Virus record (IMG/VR): IMGVR_UViG_3300025626_000015 | Span: 11,718-75,717 of that record | Direction: 5' to 3' (one strand) | Length of the DNA stretch: 64,000 nt | Source: a virus | Shown here: positions 31,201-40,881 of the stretch, one piece after another | Numbering within the stretch: the first letter of the stretch is position 1 | Layout of the letters: every line of letters begins with the position of its first letter | Program-made: the position numbers and the translations under genes | Notes under the pieces: generated by a model | Told to the model about the DNA's origin: nothing | Database searches by the model: none | The model's input: only the letters and a program-made list of their open reading frames with translations

Positions 31201-31481
31201 AAGTTGGTACTCCTCCTAGCGCTACAACAGCAGCTTTTTATAATATAGTATTAGATGGCTCTTTGGGAGGAGAAAAAGTTAGGAGAGCATTAATAGGATG
31301 TCCATTAAAAACAATAAGTAGCGGCGGAGGTCCGCCTACTACATATACTGTTGCTATAGCAGGAGTCAAACTACCAGATATTGGATCAACCACTTCTTTA
31401 GAATGTATAATAGAAATTTCTGGTTCTGGGATTGCTTTTCGAAATGATGTAGGACCATTTGCAGCTGGATTTTTAACATGA
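28224..31481 (+). CDS. large tail/baseplate-associated fibre-like protein
   Basis: 1085 aa beta-rich; GxITAS and GKIGGFxI repeats typical of fibre shafts. Confidence 0.65.
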   Translation: MARKLATYKGYDTLNTYYTDTSLLSPDIFDISFFPNTLTVGKNLIKFRGNSNSLKVGSIIDIEILDSNGDTIYSEFIDYIDDDGARVISIFIYEDTAPGDATVFLVTEITKINNQLVPNIFKNQLNAKWSRTIPVNPLDLNTSTIIFNNTPKVTISENVGVQLNRTYNNGQFPIYNTGQISFISQNNQPTAILTGGKFIGDMINGTLSVPNPINPLPTIDINANSTVYTSTISKVLNDTTLQLDFPYQVFDTQSNFSHTFNSFDNSTYQIEYEASPQYTPTQNSESFALIQISDLEPNTGDISRIKVYLNSAGTVGTFEQVNDILLPNTEIFIDSTSSLTPDKSIGIFETQSIINTYWEGHSYQGNTEIAAPTLTWTTSSINNATAITGILDLSNSNNVYAFQLKDQFSGIFVSQSMYTVTLDAFAQRGSDNLNPILSIYASGSAFTFDTTDNFNQSLPKKLGKKIGEIECLGNSKRYDDITFEFNSDQSGKGVLLFVIESGNWQISDIRTLTDAEYGYTPNYTRFRTEIPTKIKSGNQLSFKIEYYNRLGDKSNTVNFVRNLNFEGGNRYIDGGFSMLTGSLFVANTLSSGVEIAGLKNTGYVRSLGYNGFNQALGTGSGGFLLFSGSALPYQTETTYQGVGLEMVSNANNYFRYRTTPSILDIHTETFFLGNPSTQFVSGSSGQLEISSSGYHIQANGDITASRFLMDGGTITDNVTILGSLSANSILTPATINGSPSTPANASSSISTDGFAIFKSASIAGFTITDGEIISAGAAEASSSITNTNVSLTNFTLTGGIGINNPAISLQTYSGSPTNGYVFSGYISNAGASFKIGATSYEVAPATYTVGAGTITLTGAYQTGDPFGEGSQGNFSFYQTDAPSNTTFLSGSTTNFPAIESPIVLKALGEITASAGKIGGFQIGTSSLSTAGVEINDSSQNSFISSSNFNVKHTGIMTASNALFEGVALANIIRDKAVVITAANSSSYLQFNPQVGTPPSATTAAFYNIVLDGSLGGEKVRRALIGCPLKTISSGGGPPTTYTVAIAGVKLPDIGSTTSLECIIEISGSGIAFRNDVGPFAAGFLT

Positions 31482-31503
31482 TTATAATAGAAAGAAATAT
31501 TTT

Positions 31504-32037
31504 ATGGGATTAACAAGCTACGTAACAATTGATGACGGCACTGTCTTAAAAGCAACTCCAATTAATGGTAATCCTAATGCAATTGGAATCGTAACAGGCA
31601 CTCAAGAACCATTTACTAAAACATTTAAAGATGGAATAACTGTAGAAGGTTCGTTAGGAACAGATATAAATTTAAAAAGTAATGTTCATATAAGTGGGAG
31701 TATCACATATCAAAATATTAACCGATATAGTGGAGGAACTACTACAATTGGTTCTAATTTAAGTTCAAATCAATCAATATATTTATTATCTCCAACTAGT
31801 GGTACAGTTACTATTGCTTTACCATATTTAGGAGGAGCAAGTACTAACTATGATTCCCAATTAATAATAATAAAAAAACTAACCAGTACTGGTACTGTAT
31901 CAATTAATCCAGCTGGTCCAACAACAGTAGACGGATCTACCAGTATGTCAGCAACAGCACAATATTCATTTATACAATTATTACAAGATGGTCCTTCTAA
32001 TAGTTGGATTGTAATTGCAAACAATGGATTTTCATAA
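31504..32037 (+). CDS. putative fibre tip/virion protein
   Basis: VTIALP...IIIKK...TVDG...QYSFIQL...WIV C-terminal domain, similar in style to 12488. Confidence 0.6.
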   Translation: MGLTSYVTIDDGTVLKATPINGNPNAIGIVTGTQEPFTKTFKDGITVEGSLGTDINLKSNVHISGSITYQNINRYSGGTTTIGSNLSSNQSIYLLSPTSGTVTIALPYLGGASTNYDSQLIIIKKLTSTGTVSINPAGPTTVDGSTSMSATAQYSFIQLLQDGPSNSWIVIANNGFS

Positions 32038-32043
32038 CAAACA

Positions 32044-32051
32044 TATTTATA
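32044..32051 (+). promoter_or_regulatory. putative late promoter TATTTATA
   Basis: Directly upstream of ATG 32056. Confidence 0.6.
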
Positions 32052-32055
32052 TAAA

Positions 32056-34329
32056 ATGAATAACGTAACAGTATTATTTCCAGGAGGCTTCAAGCCAATA
32101 ACCGGAGCACATATGGCTCTTGCTCAAAGATACGCTCAAAATCCTAGTGTTGACAAAGTTATCATGTTAATAGGTCCTAAAGAGCGAGACGGTATAACAA
32201 GAAATACAAGTATTAAAATGTTTAATTTGTTAAATAGAAACAATAATATTGAAATACAATCAACAGATTTTAATTCGCCTATTATGGCTGCATATGAATA
32301 TCTATTTTCATTACCAGAAAACGCTCAAGGTCAATTTGCATTAGCTGCATCAGAAAAAGATGAAGATTATGTTCGAGTAAAAACATTTCTACCAAATGTA
32401 GATAAGTATAAATTAACTGGTGATAGAAAAGGAAGAAAAATCCCAGTTGGTATTGATGCAGTTGAATTAACAGTTTCTGTAGACCCTTTAAAATATGATG
32501 ATGGTAATGCAATATCAGCATCTGCCGTAAGAGCAGCCTTAAATGCAGATGCATATAGTAAATTTAAAGAAAGTTATCCTGGATATGATGAATCTATTAT
32601 AAAAAATATTTGGCAAATGCTTGGCGGAGCTCCAACATATGGAGATGTAATGGGATCTGAAATTAAAAAAAGCATTAAAGACATTGAAGATGGTGATGTA
32701 ATATTATTAGACAATGGTAATAAGTTTAAGGTAGATTATATAGATCCATGGAGTGCCGGCGGTAGAATAATTAACGGTACAGATCTTGAAACAGGTAAAA
32801 AAGGAAAGTTAAAAATTAAGTTCTTAACACCAAGAGGGAATACAGGCCTCGCAGATGATACCATGTTAACAGTATTAAAAGAATCATTAACTATGAAAGA
32901 ATGGTTCTTGCAAGAATTTGAAAATAATGCAAATGAAATAGCAGAACAAATGGGAGTTGGATATATGACTCCAAAGGGAGCTGTAGCACATCAAAAGAAA
33001 ATTAAAAAACTTAGAAAATTTCTTGACAAGAAAAATGATCGTGGATTTACATATGATTTTGATGAATATCCGAAAACTGTATTTGGAACAAAATATTTAA
33101 ATGAAGGTGGATTAGCTGGTCATATGTCACATCCATTTGATATGAATAGATCACAATCATTAACATTTGCAGATTTCAAAGAAATGATCGCACGTGGATT
33201 ACAAGGTAGATTAGATATTGAAAACACCGTTACTGAAAAAACAGATGGACAAAATATTTTTATGACTTTTAAAGACGGAGCAGTTAAATTTGCTAGAAAT
33301 GGCGGAGAACGTGTAAATCCATTAACTGTTAAAGAATTACAAGCAAAGTTTGCAGGAAGAGGTAATATATCAGACGCATTTGGAGAAGCCGGAACAGATT
33401 TAGCAGCTGCTTTTGCAAAAGTAGGATTAGAAAAATTACAAAGTATTTTTCAAAATGGCAAGGTATTTGCTAATATGGAAATTATATATCCGCCAACAAA
33501 AAATGTTATATCATATGAAGCAGCATATTTGCAATTTCATAATCTTGTAGAATTTGATGAAAAAGGAAAAATTGTACAAACTGATTTAACCGGTGGTGCT
33601 GTTGTACAAAAAGCTGTAACAGACGCAAACTCAGATTTACAAAATACATTTAATTTAATTCCACCTCAAAAAATTAAATTAGGCCAAATTGAAAATTTTC
33701 AAGACTATCAAGATGCATTATTCAATGAATTAAATCAACTACGTGACAAATATAATCTAAAAGACACAGATACAGTTTCAGAGTATCACAAATCATGGTG
33801 GAGAGATATTATACGAGCTAAAGCAAATGAGTTTAATTATAATATACCTAACGAAGTAATAGATATATTAATGAATAGATGGGCATATAATATTAAATCA
33901 CCTAACGTCTCTGCAGTAGCTAAAATGATAGACAATGCAGAGTTTGTAGAATGGATGAGAGGGTTTGATAAAAAAGACTTTAAAAAATATATAAAAGACA
34001 ATATACAGCCATTTGAATCAATATTCTTAAAATTAGGTGCAGAAATAATGAAGAATGTATCTAATTTTTTAGCACCGAATCCTGCAAAAGCTGTACAAGA
34101 TATTAGAAAAGAAATTGCACAAATAATTCGCACATTGAGATCTACTAATGATATATCAAAAATGGAATTACTAAAAACTCAATTGGATAAAATTAAAAGA
34201 TTAGGCGGATTCGAAAAAATAGTTCCGGTAGAAGGAATTGTATTTGTATATGGAGGTAATACATATAAACTAACTGGAGCATTTGCTCCGCTAAACCAAA
34301 TATTAGGAACATTAAAGTATTCTAGATAA
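32056..34329 (+). CDS. HIGH-class (cytidylyltransferase-like) nucleotidyltransferase fused to a KxDG ligase-like domain
   Basis: FPGGFKPITGAH and ISASAVR; then GHMSHPFD, TEKTDGQN, MEIIY, EGIVF, YKLTG. Confidence 0.75.
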   Translation: MNNVTVLFPGGFKPITGAHMALAQRYAQNPSVDKVIMLIGPKERDGITRNTSIKMFNLLNRNNNIEIQSTDFNSPIMAAYEYLFSLPENAQGQFALAASEKDEDYVRVKTFLPNVDKYKLTGDRKGRKIPVGIDAVELTVSVDPLKYDDGNAISASAVRAALNADAYSKFKESYPGYDESIIKNIWQMLGGAPTYGDVMGSEIKKSIKDIEDGDVILLDNGNKFKVDYIDPWSAGGRIINGTDLETGKKGKLKIKFLTPRGNTGLADDTMLTVLKESLTMKEWFLQEFENNANEIAEQMGVGYMTPKGAVAHQKKIKKLRKFLDKKNDRGFTYDFDEYPKTVFGTKYLNEGGLAGHMSHPFDMNRSQSLTFADFKEMIARGLQGRLDIENTVTEKTDGQNIFMTFKDGAVKFARNGGERVNPLTVKELQAKFAGRGNISDAFGEAGTDLAAAFAKVGLEKLQSIFQNGKVFANMEIIYPPTKNVISYEAAYLQFHNLVEFDEKGKIVQTDLTGGAVVQKAVTDANSDLQNTFNLIPPQKIKLGQIENFQDYQDALFNELNQLRDKYNLKDTDTVSEYHKSWWRDIIRAKANEFNYNIPNEVIDILMNRWAYNIKSPNVSAVAKMIDNAEFVEWMRGFDKKDFKKYIKDNIQPFESIFLKLGAEIMKNVSNFLAPNPAKAVQDIRKEIAQIIRTLRSTNDISKMELLKTQLDKIKRLGGFEKIVPVEGIVFVYGGNTYKLTGAFAPLNQILGTLKYSR

Positions 34330-34337
34330 TATTTATA
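34330..34337 (+). promoter_or_regulatory. putative late promoter TATTTATA
   Basis: Upstream of ATG 34365. Confidence 0.65.
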
Positions 34338-34364
34338 TAAAAGAAAATAACAGGACATAATAAT

Positions 34365-35231
34365 ATGGCAAAGTATAAACAACCAAAAAATGATAAGTAT
34401 AAATCCAGAAAAGATTTAAAAGATTATACAATTGATAAAGATGTTGAAGGAATGGTACCAAATGCATCTGGAGAACCAATGCCTGAAGTTCCTAGAAAAG
34501 ACGATAAAGAAGTTATTGACGATGTTGAAAACATGGTACCTAAAGTAAAAGATTCTGATAAAATATATATTACTAAAGAATTGCAAGACGGTGATCCTAA
34601 AATGCCATCTAATGCATTAAAAACATTAGTTAAAAATCAAGAAGAAGATGCAAAAGAATTAATTGATACATTATCAAAAAAGGATGGTGGCTATATGACA
34701 CAAATAGAAAAATTAACAAAAGAACAAAAAGAAAAGCTAGTTAAAGAAATTGTAAAAAGAAAAGTTTCAAAATTTTTATCTGAGCAAGCTTTAAACACAT
34801 TAAAAAATGAGCAAGATAAACAAACAGAGCCAGCAGACGAAGAACCAATAGAAGAACCCGTTGCTGATACTCCAGAACCTACTCCTGCTCCAGAAGCACC
34901 TGCAGAACCAGCTGATGCACCAGAAGCTCCAGTAGAACCAGAAGAAGCACCAGAACCAGAAGAGGCACCAGAACCAGAAGAGGAACCAATTCCAAATCCA
35001 GAAGGTGGAGAAGATGCCGAAAAACCTAATACAGGAGGAGATCCTAGAGTTTCTAAATTTATTGAAGCAATGGAACAAAAAGGCGGAACTTTAGCACAAG
35101 TTACATTAATGATGAAAACTATGAATCAATTTTTAGGCGAAAAAGAACCAAAAAATAAAATACAATTTTTAGCATTCATGAAAAAATTAGTTGATAAATC
35201 TTTACAAAAGATGGATCCTAAAGATTTATAA
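34365..35231 (+). CDS. hypothetical protein with Pro/Glu/Ala-rich linker
   Basis: 288 aa; LVKE/FLSE sites; PEEAPE repeats. Confidence 0.75.
   Translation: MAKYKQPKNDKYKSRKDLKDYTIDKDVEGMVPNASGEPMPEVPRKDDKEVIDDVENMVPKVKDSDKIYITKELQDGDPKMPSNALKTLVKNQEEDAKELIDTLSKKDGGYMTQIEKLTKEQKEKLVKEIVKRKVSKFLSEQALNTLKNEQDKQTEPADEEPIEEPVADTPEPTPAPEAPAEPADAPEAPVEPEEAPEPEEAPEPEEEPIPNPEGGEDAEKPNTGGDPRVSKFIEAMEQKGGTLAQVTLMMKTMNQFLGEKEPKNKIQFLAFMKKLVDKSLQKMDPKDL
34935..34988 (+). repeat. 18-bp in-frame tandem repeat x3
   Basis: GAACCAGAAGAAGCACCA / GAACCAGAAGAGGCACCA / GAACCAGAAGAGGAACCA. Confidence 0.9.
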
Positions 35232-35253
35232 TACAATAATTAAAATTTAATTT

Positions 35254-35886
35254 ATGGCAAAGAAGTTACAAAACGTTAAAGCCGTCCAAAAGATGTTGGA
35301 TGGTACCCATGCTTTTCAAACAAAACGAACTCACGGATTTTCAGACGCAAAACAAAAAGCTGAAAAAAATAAAAAACGTGAAATTGGAGAAATTTGGGAA
35401 GAAGAAATAAATGGTACTATATATACTATAGAACAACAAAATGGATTTCGTGTAAAAAAACCAAAAAACTCAGTAGCTAACGAGATACGAGATTATCTTA
35501 AATCATATCCAAATTGTCAAAAAACCTGTTGTAAAACAGAATTTGGCGCAGTTGATGAAAAAATGAGAGTTATTCATGGAATGTGTCTTGATTGTGTTAT
35601 TGACATGGAACATGAATTAAAAAAACAAGGTAAATACGAAGAGTACGAGCGCAAAAAAATGACTGAAAATGCAATGTCTTGGTTAAAAAGAGCAGAACAA
35701 GATATTGAAATATTAAAAAAAGCATATACAGAAGCTTCGAGTAATGTAATGAATGCAGATGGATTATTAGAACATTGGTCAGCTAAAATGACCCAAGAAG
35801 AGTTTGATGAAAAAATACAAAACGGATTTAATGAATTTAAAGAAAAATTTTTAAATAATATAAACACAAAGGAAAAAAATGATTAA
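35254..35886 (+). CDS. hypothetical Cys/His-containing protein
   Basis: CQKTCC...HGMCLDC possible metal site. Confidence 0.7.
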   Translation: MAKKLQNVKAVQKMLDGTHAFQTKRTHGFSDAKQKAEKNKKREIGEIWEEEINGTIYTIEQQNGFRVKKPKNSVANEIRDYLKSYPNCQKTCCKTEFGAVDEKMRVIHGMCLDCVIDMEHELKKQGKYEEYERKKMTENAMSWLKRAEQDIEILKKAYTEASSNVMNADGLLEHWSAKMTQEEFDEKIQNGFNEFKEKFLNNINTKEKND

Positions 35887-36199
35887 GAAATATTGGAAAT
35901 TAATAGCAGGAGCAATTGCTGGAATATTTGGTTTACTTTTTATATTTGGAAAAAAGTCTAACAACAAAAAAGCTATAGCTGCAAAAAAGAAAATTGATAC
36001 GAATAATGTAGAGATTAATAAATTAGATGGTAAAGTTGAAGAAATTAAAAAACAAAAAGCTGTTGCAAAGAAAAAAGTAACAACCACAAAGAAACAATTG
36101 GAAGCAACAAAAACTAAAAAATCTGCTCCTAAAAAATCAGCACCAAAAAAATCAGTAAAATCTGCTAAGGCAAATATTAAAAAGAAAATTAGGAAATGA
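35879..36199 (+). CDS. N-anchored membrane protein with Lys-rich coiled coil
   Basis: TM LIAGAIAGIFGLLFIF then K/A-rich tail with KKSAP repeats. Confidence 0.7.
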   Translation: MIKKYWKLIAGAIAGIFGLLFIFGKKSNNKKAIAAKKKIDTNNVEINKLDGKVEEIKKQKAVAKKKVTTTKKQLEATKTKKSAPKKSAPKKSVKSAKANIKKKIRK

Positions 36200-36576
36200 A
36201 ACATATTTTTATTATAATATTATTATGGCCATTAGTTAATTTTAGCCAAATGCCAGATACTTGTTTTACTGAAAATGAAATTATCGAAATTTCAGAAACA
36301 TTGGATTCATTATATTATTTAGATTCAATTAACACTGAAATTATTTCACAACAAGAAGCATTAATATCTGAATTAGAAAGTATAATAATATTAGATTCTG
36401 TTGAAATAATGTATATAAATCATAAATCAAAATTATTAAATGATAATATTGAATTATATATCGAACGTGAAAAATATTTAAAACCTAAATGGTATGATAA
36501 TAAATTTATATGGTTTAGTAGCGGAATATTAACAGCGGTATTAACAGGAAAGATGATAGTCGAAGTAGTACAATAG
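36196..36576 (+). CDS. secreted/membrane protein (signal peptide, coiled coil, C-terminal TM)
   Basis: MKHIFIIILLWPLVNFS-Q; KWYDNKFIWFSSGILTAVLTG. Confidence 0.7.
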   Translation: MKHIFIIILLWPLVNFSQMPDTCFTENEIIEISETLDSLYYLDSINTEIISQQEALISELESIIILDSVEIMYINHKSKLLNDNIELYIEREKYLKPKWYDNKFIWFSSGILTAVLTGKMIVEVVQ

Positions 36577-38156
36577 TGAGTAATAAACAAAATATAAAGC
36601 AAATAATACAGGAACAGTTTAAAAAATGTGCTGAAGATCCTGTTTATTTTATGCGTCAATATTGTTATATTCAACATCCTACTAAAGGAAAAATTAAATT
36701 TAATTTATTTCCATTTCAAGAAGAATCATTAACTACATTACAGAATAATAGATACAATGTTATTTTAAAATCAAGACAATTAGGTATATCAACACTATCA
36801 GCTGGATATGCTTTATGGTCAATGTTATTTAATGAAGATTTCAACGTATTAGTTATTGCCACTACCCAAGATGTAGCTAAAAACTTAGTGAGTAAAGTTC
36901 AAATAATGAATGAAAACTTGCCAAGTTGGTTAAAAACAAATATAGTTACAAATAATAAATTATCATTAAAATTTGCAAATGGCTCTCAAATCAAAGCAAT
37001 ATCAAGTGCTTCAACAGGTGCACGATCGGAAGCATTATCACTATTAATAGTTGATGAAGCTGCATTTATTAGAAATATTGAAGAAATATGGGTAGCTTCT
37101 CAAGCAACATTATCTACTGGTGGAGGAGCTATAGTATTGTCTACTCCAAATGGTATTGGTAATTGGTTTCATCAAACATGGGCAGATGCTGAAACAGGAG
37201 TTAATGGGTTTGAAACAATTAAATTAGATTGGAAATTACATCCAGAGCGTGATCAATTATGGAGAGATGAGCAAACACAATTATTAGGTGAGCGTGGAGC
37301 AGCACAAGAATGTGATTGTGATTTTATTTCATCTGGACATACTGTAGTAGATGGATTAATTTTACAAGAGTATGAATCAAAATGTATAGAGCCAATTGAA
37401 AAGCGTGGTTATGATAATTCATATTGGATATGGGAGTATCCAGATTATTCAAAAGATTATTTAGTAGTAGCGGATGTTGCTAGGGGAGATGGAGCTGACT
37501 GGTCTGCATTTCATGTAATTGAAGTTCAATCAATAAAACAAGTTGCTGAATATAAAGGAAAAATTCCTCCTAAAGACTTTGGCAATATGTTAGTTACCGT
37601 TGCAACAGAATGGAATAATGCATTATTAGCTATTGAAAATGCTAATATAGGATGGGCTGCAATACAACCAGCATTAGATAGAAGTTATGAAAATTTATTT
37701 TATACATATAAAGACGATGGATATGTAGATTTAGATATACAACTTCGAAAAGGATATGATCAAAAAGATAAATCACAAATGGTACCAGGAGTTTCAACAA
37801 CGTCAAGAACAAGACCATTAATGATATCAGCATTAGAAATGTATATGCGAGAAAAAAGTCCCGTTATACATTCAAAAAGATTAATACAAGAATTATTTGT
37901 TTTCGTTTGGTTAAATAGTAAACCTCAAGCACAAATAGGTTATAACGATGATTTAGTTATGAGTTTTGCAATTGCATTATGGTTACGAGATACTAGTTTA
38001 AAATTAAGACAACAAGGAATTGAATTAAATAAACGAGCTTTATCACAATTTCAAAAAACAGATACTACTATATATACTAACAAAGATAAGAATCCTAATG
38101 ATACTTGGGATTGGAATAATGGTCAAGATAACGAAAATTTAACATGGCTTCTGTAG
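36576..38156 (+). CDS. gp17: terminase large subunit
   Basis: LKSRQLGIST (Walker A), IVDEAAFI (Walker B), LSTPNG, ADVARGDGADWS, NDDLVMS; GTG start. Confidence 0.96.
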   Translation: MSNKQNIKQIIQEQFKKCAEDPVYFMRQYCYIQHPTKGKIKFNLFPFQEESLTTLQNNRYNVILKSRQLGISTLSAGYALWSMLFNEDFNVLVIATTQDVAKNLVSKVQIMNENLPSWLKTNIVTNNKLSLKFANGSQIKAISSASTGARSEALSLLIVDEAAFIRNIEEIWVASQATLSTGGGAIVLSTPNGIGNWFHQTWADAETGVNGFETIKLDWKLHPERDQLWRDEQTQLLGERGAAQECDCDFISSGHTVVDGLILQEYESKCIEPIEKRGYDNSYWIWEYPDYSKDYLVVADVARGDGADWSAFHVIEVQSIKQVAEYKGKIPPKDFGNMLVTVATEWNNALLAIENANIGWAAIQPALDRSYENLFYTYKDDGYVDLDIQLRKGYDQKDKSQMVPGVSTTSRTRPLMISALEMYMREKSPVIHSKRLIQELFVFVWLNSKPQAQIGYNDDLVMSFAIALWLRDTSLKLRQQGIELNKRALSQFQKTDTTIYTNKDKNPNDTWDWNNGQDNENLTWLL

Positions 38157-38163
38157 TTAGTTA

Positions 38164-38171
38164 TATTTATA
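38164..38171 (+). promoter_or_regulatory. putative late promoter TATTTATA
   Basis: Upstream of portal ATG 38192. Confidence 0.7.
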
Positions 38172-38191
38172 ATAAATTAAAAGAATAGATT

Positions 38192-39988
38192 ATGGCATCA
38201 TTAAGAAAACGTTTGCAAAGATTATTTAGTACAAATGTAATCGTTAGAAAATATGGTAAAGATAAATTACGAGTTGTTGATACAAATCGATTACAATCAA
38301 CTGGTAATATAGCACAAAGTAAAATTACTGATCGATATTCAAGATTACATGGAAGTAACAGACATGGATATGGGTCATACGGTTCTGCTTATGGTGGATA
38401 TGATGCAAATTATTATTCTCAACAAAACAGAAAACAATTATATGTTGATTATGAAATGATGGATAAAGATCCTATTATTTCATCAGCGTTAGATATATAT
38501 GCAGATGAATCTACATTAGAAGATCAATTTGGAGATATATTAACAATTAAAACAAATAAAACTAATATTCAAAAAATATTATATAATTTATTTTATGATG
38601 TATTAAACATAGAATTTAATATGTGGCCATGGGTTCGTAATCTTGCTAAATATGGCGACTTCTTTTTGAAACTAGACGTGTCAGACGAAATTGGAATCAT
38701 AAACGCAAGACCATTATCAGCATATGAAGTTGAAAGAATGGAAGAATTTAATCAAGAGTCTGGAGAATATAATATTAAATTTCAACATAATCTGTCAGAT
38801 AATACAGTATATGATGTATTTGAATTAGCACATTTTAGAATGATATCAGATTCTAACTTTTTGCCGTATGGTAGATCAATGTTAGAAGGAGCTAGACAAG
38901 AATTTCAAAAATTAATGATGTTAGAAGATGCAATGTTAATTCATAGAATAATGCGTGCACCTGAAAAAAGAGTTTTTAAAATTGATATTGGTAATATTCC
39001 GCCAAATGAAGTTGATTCGTTTATGGAACAAATTGTTAATAAAATGAAAAAAGTTCCTTATGTCGACAAAAATACAGGAAATTATAATTTAAAATTTAAT
39101 TTAAATAACATGTTAGAAGATTATTATCTTCCAGTAAGAGGAGGAAATAGTCAAACACAAATAGATACATTACCAGGAATGACTTTTACTGGTATCGAAG
39201 ATATTGAATATGTTAAACATAAAATGATGGCTGCTTTAAAAATTCCAAAGCCATTTTTAGGATATGACGAAGGGGTTGAAGGAAAAACTACATTAGCTTC
39301 CATGGATATTAGATTTGCTAGAACAATTGAAAGAATTCAAAAAATTATTTGTTCTGAATTATCTAAAATTGCAATAGTTCATTTATATGCACAAGGGTTT
39401 GAAGGAGAAGATTTAATTGGTTTCGAATTATCATTAACACCTCCATCAATTATTTATGATCAACAAAAAGTTGCATTAATGAATGAAAAAATTCAATTGG
39501 CTGTTGCAATGAAAGATTCTAAATTAGTTTCTGATAAATATGTTTACGAGTATATATTTAATATGTCTGAAGATGAATGGTTAGAAGAAAGAAATAATGT
39601 TGTAGAAGATTTAAAATTGAGATTTAGACAAAATCAAATTGAACAAGAAGGAAATGATCCTACCTTAACAGGCATATCATATGGTACACCACACGATTTA
39701 GCTTCAATGCATCAAAGCACTGATGACGTTATAGACACTGATAAAGGAGGACGTCCTCCAGAAGGAATAAAATATGGTCAACATGCGAATGAATTAGGAT
39801 GGGATCCAACTGGTGCAAAATCATTGAAACAAGCTAGCACGTTTCAGCCTCATACAAAAAAACGTACAAAAACTGAAAATGTTGAAATTCTTAAAAAAAT
39901 TAAACAAAATAGATCTAAAATATTATTTGAAACTAAAAAAGAAACCGATGATACGGGGTCAATGTTGGATGAAAATAATATTTTATAA
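38192..39988 (+). CDS. gp20: portal protein (T4 gp20-like)
   Basis: LEDAMLIHRIMRAPEKRVFKIDIGNIP, MLEDYYLPVRGG, IDTLPG, ALKIP. Confidence 0.96.
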   Translation: MASLRKRLQRLFSTNVIVRKYGKDKLRVVDTNRLQSTGNIAQSKITDRYSRLHGSNRHGYGSYGSAYGGYDANYYSQQNRKQLYVDYEMMDKDPIISSALDIYADESTLEDQFGDILTIKTNKTNIQKILYNLFYDVLNIEFNMWPWVRNLAKYGDFFLKLDVSDEIGIINARPLSAYEVERMEEFNQESGEYNIKFQHNLSDNTVYDVFELAHFRMISDSNFLPYGRSMLEGARQEFQKLMMLEDAMLIHRIMRAPEKRVFKIDIGNIPPNEVDSFMEQIVNKMKKVPYVDKNTGNYNLKFNLNNMLEDYYLPVRGGNSQTQIDTLPGMTFTGIEDIEYVKHKMMAALKIPKPFLGYDEGVEGKTTLASMDIRFARTIERIQKIICSELSKIAIVHLYAQGFEGEDLIGFELSLTPPSIIYDQQKVALMNEKIQLAVAMKDSKLVSDKYVYEYIFNMSEDEWLEERNNVVEDLKLRFRQNQIEQEGNDPTLTGISYGTPHDLASMHQSTDDVIDTDKGGRPPEGIKYGQHANELGWDPTGAKSLKQASTFQPHTKKRTKTENVEILKKIKQNRSKILFETKKETDDTGSMLDENNIL

Positions 39989-39997
39989 ACATTACTA

Positions 39998-40005
39998 TAT
40001 TTATA
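39998..40005 (+). promoter_or_regulatory. putative late promoter TATTTATA
   Basis: Upstream of ATG 40027. Confidence 0.65.
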
Positions 40006-40026
40006 TGAAAGAACTTGTGTATTAAC

Positions 40027-40881
40027 ATGAAAAACCTTAAACATTCAAAGTATAAAAATACGGCTATTCTTTTTGAAATGTTAGTCAGAAAACTTACATC
40101 AGAAACTTTGACTTCTGACAAAACAGTTACTGTTGAAATAATTAAAAAGTATTTTGGTAAAAATACTGCATTATCAAAAGAATTACAATTATATAATGCA
40201 TTAATAAAAGAAACATTAAAAACAGAAGCTCAAGCTTTAGATTATATAAGAAGTTGCAAAGTTACTCATAGTAAACTTAATAAAGGATTATTACGTAGAC
40301 AACGTTATAATCTAGTTAAAGAAATTTCAGAAAATTTTGATTTTCAAAAAGTATCAAAAATTAGAATAAATAATTATAAAGAACTAGCTTCTATATATAA
40401 ATTATTTGAATATAGCGAAGCTGATAATCCAAAGGATTTATTAGAGTCAAAAACTGCTATTGTAGATCATTTATTAGGAAATATAGAACAATCGCTTAAA
40501 CTAAGTCCATTATTAGAAAAATATAAAGGATATGATACAGATGTTAGAATGTTATCATATAAGTTATTAGTAGATAAATTTAATTCAAAATATTCTGGAT
40601 TAGATGAAAATCAAAAAAAAGTATTAAATAAATATATTACACACGTTAATGATTCCGAATCAGTAAAACAATATTTTGAAAAAATTATTCCTGGAATTAA
40701 AAAAGAACTAAAAGAGCAAGTATCATCAATATCAGATAAAGCAACAAAAATAAAAGTTGATAAATTATCTGAAATGCTTTGTAACGTAGAAACAATTAAA
40801 ATAATAAAAGAATCTCATGTTTTAACTATATTGAGATATTTTGATTTAATTAAAGAATTAAAACAGGTCAATTCAAAATGA
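40027..40881 (+). CDS. conserved-looking head-module hypothetical protein
   Basis: KHSKYKNTAILFE start; between portal and protease; ATG 40027 preferred over TTG 40015. Confidence 0.75.
   Translation: MKNLKHSKYKNTAILFEMLVRKLTSETLTSDKTVTVEIIKKYFGKNTALSKELQLYNALIKETLKTEAQALDYIRSCKVTHSKLNKGLLRRQRYNLVKEISENFDFQKVSKIRINNYKELASIYKLFEYSEADNPKDLLESKTAIVDHLLGNIEQSLKLSPLLEKYKGYDTDVRMLSYKLLVDKFNSKYSGLDENQKKVLNKYITHVNDSESVKQYFEKIIPGIKKELKEQVSSISDKATKIKVDKLSEMLCNVETIKIIKESHVLTILRYFDLIKELKQVNSK

Noticed and set aside
34935-34988. Short repeats as possible CRISPR array
   Set aside because: In-frame tandem coding repeats without spacers; no cas genes
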